Below, one piece after another: positions 27,124-35,518 of a DNA stretch of 64,000 nt (positions are counted from its first letter, which is position 1; every line of letters starts with the position of its first letter). The position numbers and the translations under genes are program-made. The DNA is taken from contig CAZXFT010000006.1 of assembly GCA_964640655.1 (NCBI GenBank), positions 73,686 through 137,685 on the forward strand, written 5' to 3'. This DNA comes from an uncultured Bifidobacteriaceae bacterium (lineage in GTDB: Bacteria; Bacteroidota; Bacteroidia; Chitinophagales; UBA10324). The notes under the pieces are model-generated. The model saw only the letters and a list, made by a program, of their open reading frames with translations, was not told the origin of the DNA and did not search any database.

Positions 27124-28109
27124 ATCGTGAAGCTATTCCATTTACTGTTATCTAATTTAGTGTAAAGCACTTCAGGTAATGCTTTGGTGTCTTTCTCATA
27201 GTGATTGGCACTTATTACAGACTGTCGTTTTATTTCGCGTGGTCCGTCTACAACCCACTCGTAAGCATTCTTATGGTTAAAGCGGCAATCATTGCAGATA
27301 AACTCTTTCACCTCACCATATTCATCCTTGCGTGCTGTTACACGGTAGACATCATCGCCACGCATCCACAGCACGGCTTTGCCGCAGCACTTGCTGCATT
27401 CTCGGTGTGCATCAACAGGTTTGGTAAACCAAACTCTGTTACGGAAACGGAAGTGCTTATCAGTTAATGCTCCTACAGGGCACACGTCAATCATATTGCC
27501 AGAGAAATCGTTTTCAATAGCTTTATGTATGTATGTCGAAATTTCAGATTTATCTCCGCGCCACATTATACCGTGCACACGTTCGTTGGTCAGTTGGTCG
27601 GCAACCATAGTACATCGGTAGCATAGAATGCAACGATTCATATGCAACTTAATGTCTTTACCAATATCAATCATTTCATAAGTACGGCGTTTAAACTCAT
27701 AGCGTGTATTCTGTCTGCCGTGTTGAAAGGCAAAATCCTGCAGATCGCACTCACCGGCCTGATCGCAAATGGGGCAATCGAGAGGATGATTGATTAATAG
27801 AAATTCAACAATACCGTTTCTGGTTTCTAGCACTTCTGGTGAAGTGATGTTTTGAACCACCATACCATCCTGTGCTGCTGTGCAGCAAGAAGCTACCAGT
27901 TTAGGCATAGGACGAGGGTCAGCAGCAGAGCCTTTGGTCACTTTTACTAAACATGCACGACACTTGCCACCGCTGCCCTTAAGTGTGCTGTAATAGCACA
28001 TAGCAGGTGGCACAATGTCTCCACCAACCTTTCGGGCAGCATTCATGATGGTCGTGCCTTGCTCTACCTGAATGTCGTGTCCGTCAATTGTAATTGTAAT
28101 CAATGCCAT
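27120..28109 (-). CDS. nuoG: NADH-quinone oxidoreductase subunit G, short form (Fe-S N-terminal module only)
   Basis: The start is set at MALITITIDGHDIQV. The 2Fe-2S and 4Fe-4S motifs are CYYS..GKCRACLV, HPLDCPICDQAGEC and RCILCYRC. At 329 aa it has no molybdopterin-like domain. Confidence 0.85.
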   Translation of the reverse strand: MALITITIDGHDIQVEQGTTIMNAARKVGGDIVPPAMCYYSTLKGSGGKCRACLVKVTKGSAADPRPMPKLVASCCTAAQDGMVVQNITSPEVLETRNGIVEFLLINHPLDCPICDQAGECDLQDFAFQHGRQNTRYEFKRRTYEMIDIGKDIKLHMNRCILCYRCTMVADQLTNERVHGIMWRGDKSEISTYIHKAIENDFSGNMIDVCPVGALTDKHFRFRNRVWFTKPVDAHRECSKCCGKAVLWMRGDDVYRVTARKDEYGEVKEFICNDCRFNHKNAYEWVVDGPREIKRQSVISANHYEKDTKALPEVLYTKLDNSKWNSFTI

Positions 28110-28111
28110 AT

Positions 28112-29479
28112 TTATATGGTTGTTGTTGCAGTTTGATATAATTTTTCTTCGGTGCTCCTTAATAAGCCGTAATTTCTTTTCTGAGAAAGCTCGGGCTCTG
28201 AAACGTGCCATTCAAACTCTTCGCGGAAGTGGCGTATAGCACTGGCTACCGGCCATGCTGCTGCATCGCCAAGAGGACAAATTGTGTTCCCATCTATTTT
28301 ACGTTGTATGTCCCACAGTAAATCAATGTCGCTCGATTTACCATGACCATACTCCAGGTTGTGCAATACTTTTTCCATCCATCCGGTTCCTTCACGGCAG
28401 GGGCTGCATTGCCCGCAACTTTCGTGATGATAGAAACGAGTGAAGTTCCAGGTGTTGCGAACGATACAGGCATCTTCATCATAAACGATGAATCCACCAG
28501 AGCCCAACATGGTACCACTGGTAAAACCGCCTTCATTCAATGATTCATAAGACATCAAACGGTCTTTACCTTCTGCTGTTTGCAGGAAAAGTTCAGCAGG
28601 AAGTATGGGTACGGATGAGCCACCTGCCACCACAGCTTTTAGGCGTTTACCATTGGCTATGCCACCGCAGTATTCATCAGAGTATAAAAAGTCTTTTACC
28701 GGAAGAGAAAGGTCTATTTCATAAACTCCCGGCTTGTTGATGTTGCCGCAAGCTGAAATCAATTTAGTTCCTGTACTTCGTCCAACACCAAACTTGGCAT
28801 ATGCATCGCCACCATTGTTAAGTATCCATGGCACGGCTGTAATAGATTCCACATTATTCACCACCGTTGGATTTCCGTATAAACCCTGAATAGCAGGAAA
28901 TGGTGGTTTAATGCGAGGGTTACCTCGTTTACCTTCCAGTGATTCAATCAATGCTGTCTCTTCGCCGCATATGTATGCTCCTGCACCGCAATGAACTACT
29001 ATATCAAGATGATAACCTGTACCAAGAATGTTATGACCTAAGTATCCGTTTGCCTTCGCTTCGCTAACAGCTTTCCATAATATTTCATAAATCCATTTAT
29101 ACTCTCCGCGTATGTATATAAAACTGAGGTTGGCTTCCAGTGCGTAACTTGATGTGATAATTCCTTCTATTAGCAAGTGAGGAATCTTTTCCATCAGATA
29201 ACGGTCTTTGAAAGTACCCGGTTCCGATTCATCGGCATTTACAACAAGGTAGCGTGGTTTACCGGATTTTTTATCGATAAAACTCCACTTCATACCCGTA
29301 GGAAAACCTGCACCTCCACGGCCACGCAAGCCGGACTTTTTAACTTCTTCCACCACTTCGACAGGAGTCATTTGTTTCAGCGCTTTTTCCACCGAGGCAT
29401 AACCACCGTGTTGTTTGTATACATCGAAGGTGTTAATGCCTGGAACATTGATGTGTTCCGTTAGTATCTTCTTTCCCAT
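28112..29479 (-). CDS. nuoF: NADH-quinone oxidoreductase subunit F
   Basis: GLRGRGGAGFPTG (FMN/NADH site) and ESCGQCSPCREG (N3 cluster). Confidence 0.94.
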   Translation of the reverse strand: MGKKILTEHINVPGINTFDVYKQHGGYASVEKALKQMTPVEVVEEVKKSGLRGRGGAGFPTGMKWSFIDKKSGKPRYLVVNADESEPGTFKDRYLMEKIPHLLIEGIITSSYALEANLSFIYIRGEYKWIYEILWKAVSEAKANGYLGHNILGTGYHLDIVVHCGAGAYICGEETALIESLEGKRGNPRIKPPFPAIQGLYGNPTVVNNVESITAVPWILNNGGDAYAKFGVGRSTGTKLISACGNINKPGVYEIDLSLPVKDFLYSDEYCGGIANGKRLKAVVAGGSSVPILPAELFLQTAEGKDRLMSYESLNEGGFTSGTMLGSGGFIVYDEDACIVRNTWNFTRFYHHESCGQCSPCREGTGWMEKVLHNLEYGHGKSSDIDLLWDIQRKIDGNTICPLGDAAAWPVASAIRHFREEFEWHVSEPELSQKRNYGLLRSTEEKLYQTATTTI

Positions 29480-29482
29480 ATA

Positions 29483-30025
29483 TTAAACCACCCAGTTTTC
29501 GTGTTTGTAATCTACCCTGTTGCGGAGTTGCTCTAAAAGTGCATCTACTTTTTCAGGAGTATTCAAATGTTCATAATAGTATTTGCCCACCTGCATCATT
29601 GGTGCATAGCCACAAGCACCCAGACATTCTACACCTTTAACGGTAAACATGTTGTCGGAAGAAGTACCGCCAGGTTTAATGCTCAGTTTGCTGCACAAAT
29701 AATCAATCAACCATTCGGCACCACGCACAGCACAAGGTCCGGTATGACATACTTCCAGTAAAAATCTGCCAACAGGGTTCAGGTTAAACATACTATAAAA
29801 GGAAGCCACTTCGTAAACTTCCACCGGTGTAATCTTCATTAAATGTGCAACGTAATCCATGGTATCCACACTCAGCCAGTTGTCGTTCTCTTCCTGAGCT
29901 ATATGCAATAGAGGTATCACAGCGCTTTTATGTTTTCCGGCAGGATAGCGCTCCATAATTTCTTTAGCCTTGGCTAAAGCGGCTTCAGAGAACTGTACCG
30001 GTTTATTTGTTTTAACTGCTAACAT
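29483..30025 (-). CDS. nuoE: NADH-quinone oxidoreductase subunit E
   Basis: Thioredoxin-like 2Fe-2S motifs: EVCHTGPCAVRG and ECLGACGYAPMMQV. Confidence 0.9.
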   Translation of the reverse strand: MLAVKTNKPVQFSEAALAKAKEIMERYPAGKHKSAVIPLLHIAQEENDNWLSVDTMDYVAHLMKITPVEVYEVASFYSMFNLNPVGRFLLEVCHTGPCAVRGAEWLIDYLCSKLSIKPGGTSSDNMFTVKGVECLGACGYAPMMQVGKYYYEHLNTPEKVDALLEQLRNRVDYKHENWVV

Positions 30026-30045
30026 AATTTTCGTTCAATTTTTTA

Positions 30046-31254
30046 TTAAGCATCCAGTTCACCGGCAATTACATTTAAACTACTTAAACCCACAATGGCA
30101 TCGGAGATGTAAGCCCCCTTAGCCATCTCAGTAAATGCCTGATAATAGATGAAGCAGGGACGACGGAAATGCAAGCGATATGCCGCACGACCACCATCAC
30201 TAATAAGGTAGAAACCAAGTTCACCATTTGCTCCTTCTACTGAATGATATATTTCACCCTGAGGGGCATCTATTTCACCCATTACTATTTTGAAATGATA
30301 AATCAAGGCTTCCATATTTTGATATACTTCCACTTTTGGAGGCAGGTAGTATTCCGGAGCATCGGCATGATAGGGTCCTTCGGGTAAATTATCCAAAGCC
30401 TGCTTGATGATACTCAAACTTTGACGAATCTCTTCGTTGCGAACCATAAAGCGGTCGTATGTATCGCCGGTGGTTCCCACAGGAATGATGAAGTCAAAAT
30501 CTTCATAAGAAGAATAGGGATTCATTACGCGGACATCGTAGTCCACACCTGTTGCACGAAGATTGGGTCCCGAAAAACCATAGCTTAATGCAAACTCCGG
30601 TGTAACCGGTAATGCTCCGCGCGTGCGGTCTATGAAGATGCGGTTGTTAACCAATAGGTTTTCAAATTCTTTAAACGCCTTAGGGAATTCTGCAAGAAAC
30701 TTTTCTAGCTTATTAAATGCAATGTCATTGAAGTCGCGCTCCATACCTCCCACTCTGCCTATATTTGTAGTTAAGCGCGCACCGCATATTTCTTCCCAAA
30801 TCTCATAAATCTTTTCGCGCTCCTGCATCATGTATAGAAAGCCAGAAAAAGCACCAGTGTCAACTCCGAGAATAGAATTACAAATAAGGTGGTCAGCAAT
30901 ACGTGCAAGTTCCATGACTATTACGCGTAGGTATTGCGCACGCTTTGGAACCTGTATTCCCAATAATTTTTCAACTGTCATATGCCAACCCATATTGTTG
31001 ATCGGGGCAGAACAATAGTTCAAACGATCGGTCAGTGGCGTTACCTGATAAAAAGGACGGTGCTCGGCAATTTTTTCAAAGGCACGATGGATATAACCTA
31101 TGGTGGAATCGCCGCTGAGTATGCGCTCGCCGTCTATCTCTACAATGTTTTGAAATACGCCATGTGTGGCGGGGTGTGTTGGACCTATATTTAGTGTGAT
31201 GGTCCCTTTTTCTATGGTATCCTCCGTGTGTATTTGTTTGTTTTCTGAGCTCAT
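30046..31254 (-). CDS. nuoD: NADH-quinone oxidoreductase subunit D
   Basis: NIGPTHPATHGV, and the C-terminus LSSLNVIAGELDA (49-kDa subunit family). Confidence 0.94.
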   Translation of the reverse strand: MSSENKQIHTEDTIEKGTITLNIGPTHPATHGVFQNIVEIDGERILSGDSTIGYIHRAFEKIAEHRPFYQVTPLTDRLNYCSAPINNMGWHMTVEKLLGIQVPKRAQYLRVIVMELARIADHLICNSILGVDTGAFSGFLYMMQEREKIYEIWEEICGARLTTNIGRVGGMERDFNDIAFNKLEKFLAEFPKAFKEFENLLVNNRIFIDRTRGALPVTPEFALSYGFSGPNLRATGVDYDVRVMNPYSSYEDFDFIIPVGTTGDTYDRFMVRNEEIRQSLSIIKQALDNLPEGPYHADAPEYYLPPKVEVYQNMEALIYHFKIVMGEIDAPQGEIYHSVEGANGELGFYLISDGGRAAYRLHFRRPCFIYYQAFTEMAKGAYISDAIVGLSSLNVIAGELDA

Positions 31255-31269
31255 CTTGTCTTGTTTATA

Positions 31270-31776
31270 TTATCGGCCAAACATTTCATCTTGCTTATCA
31301 ACTCTGGTGTTGTCCTCAAGCGGGTATTCTTTGCGCAGCGGATAGATGCTCATTTCATCAACATTCAAAATACGGCGCAGGTCGGGGTGACCATCGAAAT
31401 GAATACCATAGAAATCGTATGTCTCACGCTCCATCCAGTTAGCAGTGGGATAAACCTTTACGACTGACTTGATATGTGGCACTTCACCCGGAATGCGCGC
31501 CTTAATACGTAAGCGGAAGTTATGCACCAGACTGTGTAGATGATATACAACTTCAAATTTTTCTTTGTCATCCGGCCAGTGAACACCACAGAGGTCGGTG
31601 AGGAAAATAAATTGCATCTCCTCGTCATCGCGAAGGAAATAAAACAGCTCGACGTTTTTGGAATGATCAATACTGATAGTGAGCATTCCCCATGGTTCGT
31701 ATGCCTTTGTAATGGCATTACCGAATTTTTCTTTAATGCGGTTAAATACGTGCTCGTTGGTTAGTGTGCTTGACAT
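31270..31776 (-). CDS. nuoC: NADH-quinone oxidoreductase subunit C
   Basis: 30-kDa subunit pattern ANWMERETYDFYGIHFDGHPDLRRIL. Confidence 0.9.
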   Translation of the reverse strand: MSSTLTNEHVFNRIKEKFGNAITKAYEPWGMLTISIDHSKNVELFYFLRDDEEMQFIFLTDLCGVHWPDDKEKFEVVYHLHSLVHNFRLRIKARIPGEVPHIKSVVKVYPTANWMERETYDFYGIHFDGHPDLRRILNVDEMSIYPLRKEYPLEDNTRVDKQDEMFGR

Positions 31777-32339
31777 TAGTCTGTTTTAATTCCGTAAGAT
31801 TCCAATAACTTTTTATACTCGGGAGAATTGCGGCGGCGCAGCGGTTCGTTTTTTACCAAATCCTGTATGCGCATAAATCCGTCTATGATTTGTTCAGGTC
31901 TTGGAGGGCAGCCTGGCACATAAACATCTACCGGTATAATCTGATCAATACCCTGAAGTACGCTGTATGTGTCGAATATACCACCACTTGAGGCACAAGC
32001 ACCCACCGCTATCACCCAACGTGGTTCACTCATTTGCTCATACACCTGTTTCAAAACTGGTCCCATTTTTTTAGCAATAGTTCCCATCACCATAAGCAGG
32101 TCAGCCTGACGTGGAGAGAAACTGATACGCTCAGCACCAAAACGGCTAAGGTCGTATGTTGTACCCATTGTTGCCATAAACTCAATACCGCAACAGGAAG
32201 TAGCAAATGGTAATGGCCAGATGCTATACTGACGTGCGAAGCCAACAGCTTTATCGAGATTGGTGGCAAAAAAGCCGGGGCCGGCTAAACCTTCAGGAGC
32301 ATCTACTATGGTGGGCTTTGGAATTGCTATGCTTGACAT
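31776..32339 (-). CDS. nuoB: NADH-quinone oxidoreductase subunit B
   Basis: SCCGIEFMA, GACASSGG and VPGCPPRPE (N2 cluster ligands). Confidence 0.94.
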   Translation of the reverse strand: MSSIAIPKPTIVDAPEGLAGPGFFATNLDKAVGFARQYSIWPLPFATSCCGIEFMATMGTTYDLSRFGAERISFSPRQADLLMVMGTIAKKMGPVLKQVYEQMSEPRWVIAVGACASSGGIFDTYSVLQGIDQIIPVDVYVPGCPPRPEQIIDGFMRIQDLVKNEPLRRRNSPEYKKLLESYGIKTD

Positions 32340-32383
32340 AATTTATTTATTTGTTACAATTAACAACTTATTAATACTTTAGT

Positions 32384-32752
32384 TTATTGGTCCCAATCGA
32401 GTGCACCTTTGCGAATAATATAAAAAAATCCACTGAGCAGCAATCCCATGAACACAAACATGGTAACCACACCATACACACCCAATTCTTTGAAGTTGAT
32501 AGCCCAGGGATAAAGGAAGATAACCTCAACATCGAAGAGCACAAATAGAATGGCTGTGAGAAAGTATTTAATGGCAAAAGGTTGGCGAGCGTTACCCTCG
32601 GGGTTAATACCACTTTCGAAAGGCTTTAGCTTTTTTACTGTTTTAAGTTTGGGACCTACAAAGTGGGTTACAAACATGGTTAAGCCCACAAAACCTGCTG
32701 CCAGTAATAACTGTATCGCAATGGGGAAATAACTGCTTAATTGATTAGTCAT
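32384..32752 (-). CDS. nuoA: NADH-quinone oxidoreductase subunit A
   Basis: 122 aa with three TMs. FESGINP, AILFVLFDVEVIFLYPWA (ND3 family). Confidence 0.9.
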   Translation of the reverse strand: MTNQLSSYFPIAIQLLLAAGFVGLTMFVTHFVGPKLKTVKKLKPFESGINPEGNARQPFAIKYFLTAILFVLFDVEVIFLYPWAINFKELGVYGVVTMFVFMGLLLSGFFYIIRKGALDWDQ

Positions 32753-33105
32753 GCGCGTTTTTTCGGAGCAGCAAAATAACTAAACTACAAACAGTAAAAC
32801 AAGGTAACATCATAAGGGGCTAATAAGAAAGGGGGTGTGGAAAATGTATAGTTTATGAATACGTATTGCTGACAAGGTAAAGCAAGAAACGGAAGTTATG
32901 AATTTCCATCTGGCTTATTTATGAACTCTGAAGTTTGAAATTTTGAAAGCATCAAATAATTTCAGGAAGTAGTGATTAGTAGTGGTATGACAAAAAATAA
33001 GACCCAAGAAGCCAGTGAGAGATTAAAGCATAGTCTTAATCAAAAGACCTTGTAAAAGAAAATGTCTTGTTTCGGGTATTTTTGAAGCGAACGGTATTCT
33101 AAAGC

Positions 33106-34065
33106 GTGAAAATTTCGAACGAAACTAAAGTAGGTGTATTGGCAAGCATTGCCATAGTGTTATTAATAATTGGTTATAATTTTCTGCAAGGCCGCGATTT
33201 TTTTACCTCTTCAAATATATATTATGCAAAGTATAAGTATGTAGATGGATTAGCGCTGTCAAATCCTATAAAGCTGCACGGTATGAATGTAGGTCGAGTA
33301 ACAGAGATGAAACTGGATAAGGACAAAGAAACTGTAGTAGTGAAATTTAACGTACGAAAGGATATTGAAATTCCATTCGGTACAATAGCTAAAATTGTTA
33401 GTGCAGATATACTTGGATCCAAAGCCATTGATTTGAATTTTTCAACAAACTCAAATAATCACAAGAATAAGGACACACTTCAGTCAGTAGTTCAGGAGAG
33501 CTTAACGAGTAGTGTACGTGCAGAGATTTTGCCGGTGAAACAAAAAGCGGAGAATCTGATAAGTTCAATTGATTCGGTATTGTTGATAGTGAAATCGGTG
33601 TTGAATCCTGATACGCGCAAGAGTTTAATTTCATCCGTTAATAATATTCAGGCTACCTTAGAAAACCTGAATGAGAGCACAGATCAGTTCAGCACTCTTT
33701 TAGAGAATAATGTGAAACGTTTGGATCGGATTTTTCAGAATATTGAAAGCATAACTGGTAATTTTAAAAACAATGAAGCCAACATTAATAAGTTATTGAC
33801 CAACATCAGCAGCATCAGCGACAGCCTTCAACAAGGTAATGTGAAACAAGTAATAAATGATGCAGCATACAATCTTGCTCAGGTGAAGTTGATATTGGAA
33901 AAGATAAACCGTGGTGAGGGCAATGTGGGACTTCTATTAAAAGATGATAACCTGTATAAGAATTTAGAAAAATCGTCGAAGGAGTTAGACCTGTTGATGG
34001 AAGATATTAGGCTGCATCCTAAACGGTATGTGCAGTTTTCAATTTTTGGAGGTGGTAAAAAGTAA
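33106..34065 (+). CDS. MlaD/MCE-family protein
   Basis: GTG start. KISNETKVGVLASIAIVLLIIGYNFL (TM anchor), the MCE domain (..V.GL...PIKLHGMNVGRVTEM) and a long helical C-terminus. Confidence 0.8.
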   Translation: MKISNETKVGVLASIAIVLLIIGYNFLQGRDFFTSSNIYYAKYKYVDGLALSNPIKLHGMNVGRVTEMKLDKDKETVVVKFNVRKDIEIPFGTIAKIVSADILGSKAIDLNFSTNSNNHKNKDTLQSVVQESLTSSVRAEILPVKQKAENLISSIDSVLLIVKSVLNPDTRKSLISSVNNIQATLENLNESTDQFSTLLENNVKRLDRIFQNIESITGNFKNNEANINKLLTNISSISDSLQQGNVKQVINDAAYNLAQVKLILEKINRGEGNVGLLLKDDNLYKNLEKSSKELDLLMEDIRLHPKRYVQFSIFGGGKK

Positions 34066-34087
34066 TCCAGAATAATTGAAGTATTCT

Positions 34088-34606
34088 TTAAATGTAGTTG
34101 GGATTGAACCAAGCCATAGGTACATCATTTTCCAATTCACCATTTGAGGATAATATGCGCCGTTCGAACAAACCTTCTTCTTTAAAGCCAAGAGTCTTGT
34201 AAAAAGTGATGGCACGTGTGTTCGATTCGCGTACGATTAACTCAACCCGTGCAATACTCTGATGATTGGCTGTAATATCCTGAAGTAGTGTTGAAAAAAT
34301 TCTGCGACCTATACCGGTACCCTGAAAGTCGGGATGAACAATAATCTGTAAATGACCTAATGTATGCTGTAGCGATTGTATGCCTGTAGGATATGTATGA
34401 ATTTCCGCAATGATAACTTCGTTATGAAATGGATTTTCAGCAACATAAATAAATCCACCACTTAATGCTTTATGTAATACCTCGTCAATAAATGCTTCGT
34501 TGATTTCATTGGTACTGCGCGAAATACCACCTTCAACGTCTGCCACACGCCGGTATAATTGCAACAAGGCTGAAGCATCTGCTTCGGTGGCTTTTCTAAT
34601 TTTCAT
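34088..34606 (-). CDS. GNAT-family N-acetyltransferase
   Basis: Acetyl-CoA motif A: VHPDFQGTGIGRRIFSTLL. 172 aa. Confidence 0.8.
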   Translation of the reverse strand: MKIRKATEADASALLQLYRRVADVEGGISRSTNEINEAFIDEVLHKALSGGFIYVAENPFHNEVIIAEIHTYPTGIQSLQHTLGHLQIIVHPDFQGTGIGRRIFSTLLQDITANHQSIARVELIVRESNTRAITFYKTLGFKEEGLFERRILSSNGELENDVPMAWFNPNYI

Positions 34607-34627
34607 TTGGGCAATTTACACAATCAA

Positions 34628-35512
34628 TTACTGAGGTATAATAAGGTTTTTGAACGAGGCATTATATCCAGCCCAAACACCAAGCCCACCATTGATATTT
34701 CCCTGAACAATTATGGGTGAACTGAATGGACCAACGCTATTAAGTTCAAACTCCAGAGAACGAAAGAAATTAAATGTGGAAAAGTCCACGTTAGACCACT
34801 TAACTGTAATGGTATCTCCTTTATAGAAATAACCATAGTCAGTAAAAACAGCAGTATCGTTTCTATTAACACCACGGTCTAAAGTGAAATCGAATGTAGT
34901 TCCATTGATAATATTATCGTCAAACACTGAACCGTATCCTGGTAAGAAATCACCACCGTTGCGGCTGGTAAAATATCTAACGTATTGCCCCAATTCAGGT
35001 GGATCGGTATAGCGACACATCAATCGCACTAGATCAGGCCGATCAGGTACTATATTATCTTTATACCAAAGCGAGTCGATCGGATAAGATTGTGGAATGG
35101 TAGTTACCGCAGAAACTTTTTGATTACCTGCTTCAATCCATAGTTGGTATGTTTTGTTCGGCTGTCCAACAATCTTTGCTGCTGAGGGGTCAATGAAAAA
35201 TACAGGGTCGGTGTAAATACCTACAGATACCCCTGCAGTATCGAAGGTGAGTTCTGAGAGTGTAACTGTATCAATGCCATCTGTTACTTTAATAATGGCA
35301 TTATTCACAAAGGTGTTACCAATGTCGCTCAATGACGTTTTACCATAGTATCTGGAATTGCGTGTGAGTATGATGAATGGGGGTTGTCCAGTTTCTATTC
35401 TGCCTTCTACGACCAGTTTTTCATCAAAATTGGGTTCTTTAAATAACACTTCTTTTTCGCAGGCAACCAAAGAAACAGAAATCAATAAGCTATAGAGAAT
35501 GAATTTATTCAT
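34628..35512 (-). CDS. DUF4249-like lipoprotein, partner of the upstream TonB-dependent receptor
   Basis: Lipobox (SLVAC) and an all-beta protein of about 290 aa. It lies 6 nt downstream of a CarboxypepD_reg-type TBDR, which is the usual DUF4249 context. Confidence 0.6.
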   Translation of the reverse strand: MNKFILYSLLISVSLVACEKEVLFKEPNFDEKLVVEGRIETGQPPFIILTRNSRYYGKTSLSDIGNTFVNNAIIKVTDGIDTVTLSELTFDTAGVSVGIYTDPVFFIDPSAAKIVGQPNKTYQLWIEAGNQKVSAVTTIPQSYPIDSLWYKDNIVPDRPDLVRLMCRYTDPPELGQYVRYFTSRNGGDFLPGYGSVFDDNIINGTTFDFTLDRGVNRNDTAVFTDYGYFYKGDTITVKWSNVDFSTFNFFRSLEFELNSVGPFSSPIIVQGNINGGLGVWAGYNASFKNLIIPQ

Positions 35513-35518
35513 GATGCA

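Noticed and set aside
27120-28211. Long 5' extensions in the ORF track: nuoG to 28211, PrsW-like to 11053, sigma to 11609, LolA-like to 22065, cdd from 41836, TPR-B to 20312, queD to 23946, folP to 46753.
   Set aside because: The extensions overlap upstream genes or terminator hairpins, use TTG/GTG, or translate intergenic AT-rich DNA. Family-typical N-termini or signal peptides begin at internal ATGs, which I used instead.
32371-32613. 80-aa alternative-frame ORF inside nuoA (and 32087-32269 inside nuoB, 31458-31718 inside nuoC).
   Set aside because: They are same-strand out-of-frame ORFs within highly conserved complex I genes, and there is no evidence for overlapping genes.
32753-33105. 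353-bp non-coding region between divergent nuoA and mlaD, the largest gap in the window. I examined it for a riboswitch, sRNA or tRNA.
   Set aside because: It has no convincing conserved-looking helices, no T-loop/D-loop pattern and no long repeats. I found only a weak AAGAC-N15-GTCTT pairing and a TATTTTTG -7-like box (33077-33084) 22 nt before the mlaD GTG. It is best explained as two divergent promoters.
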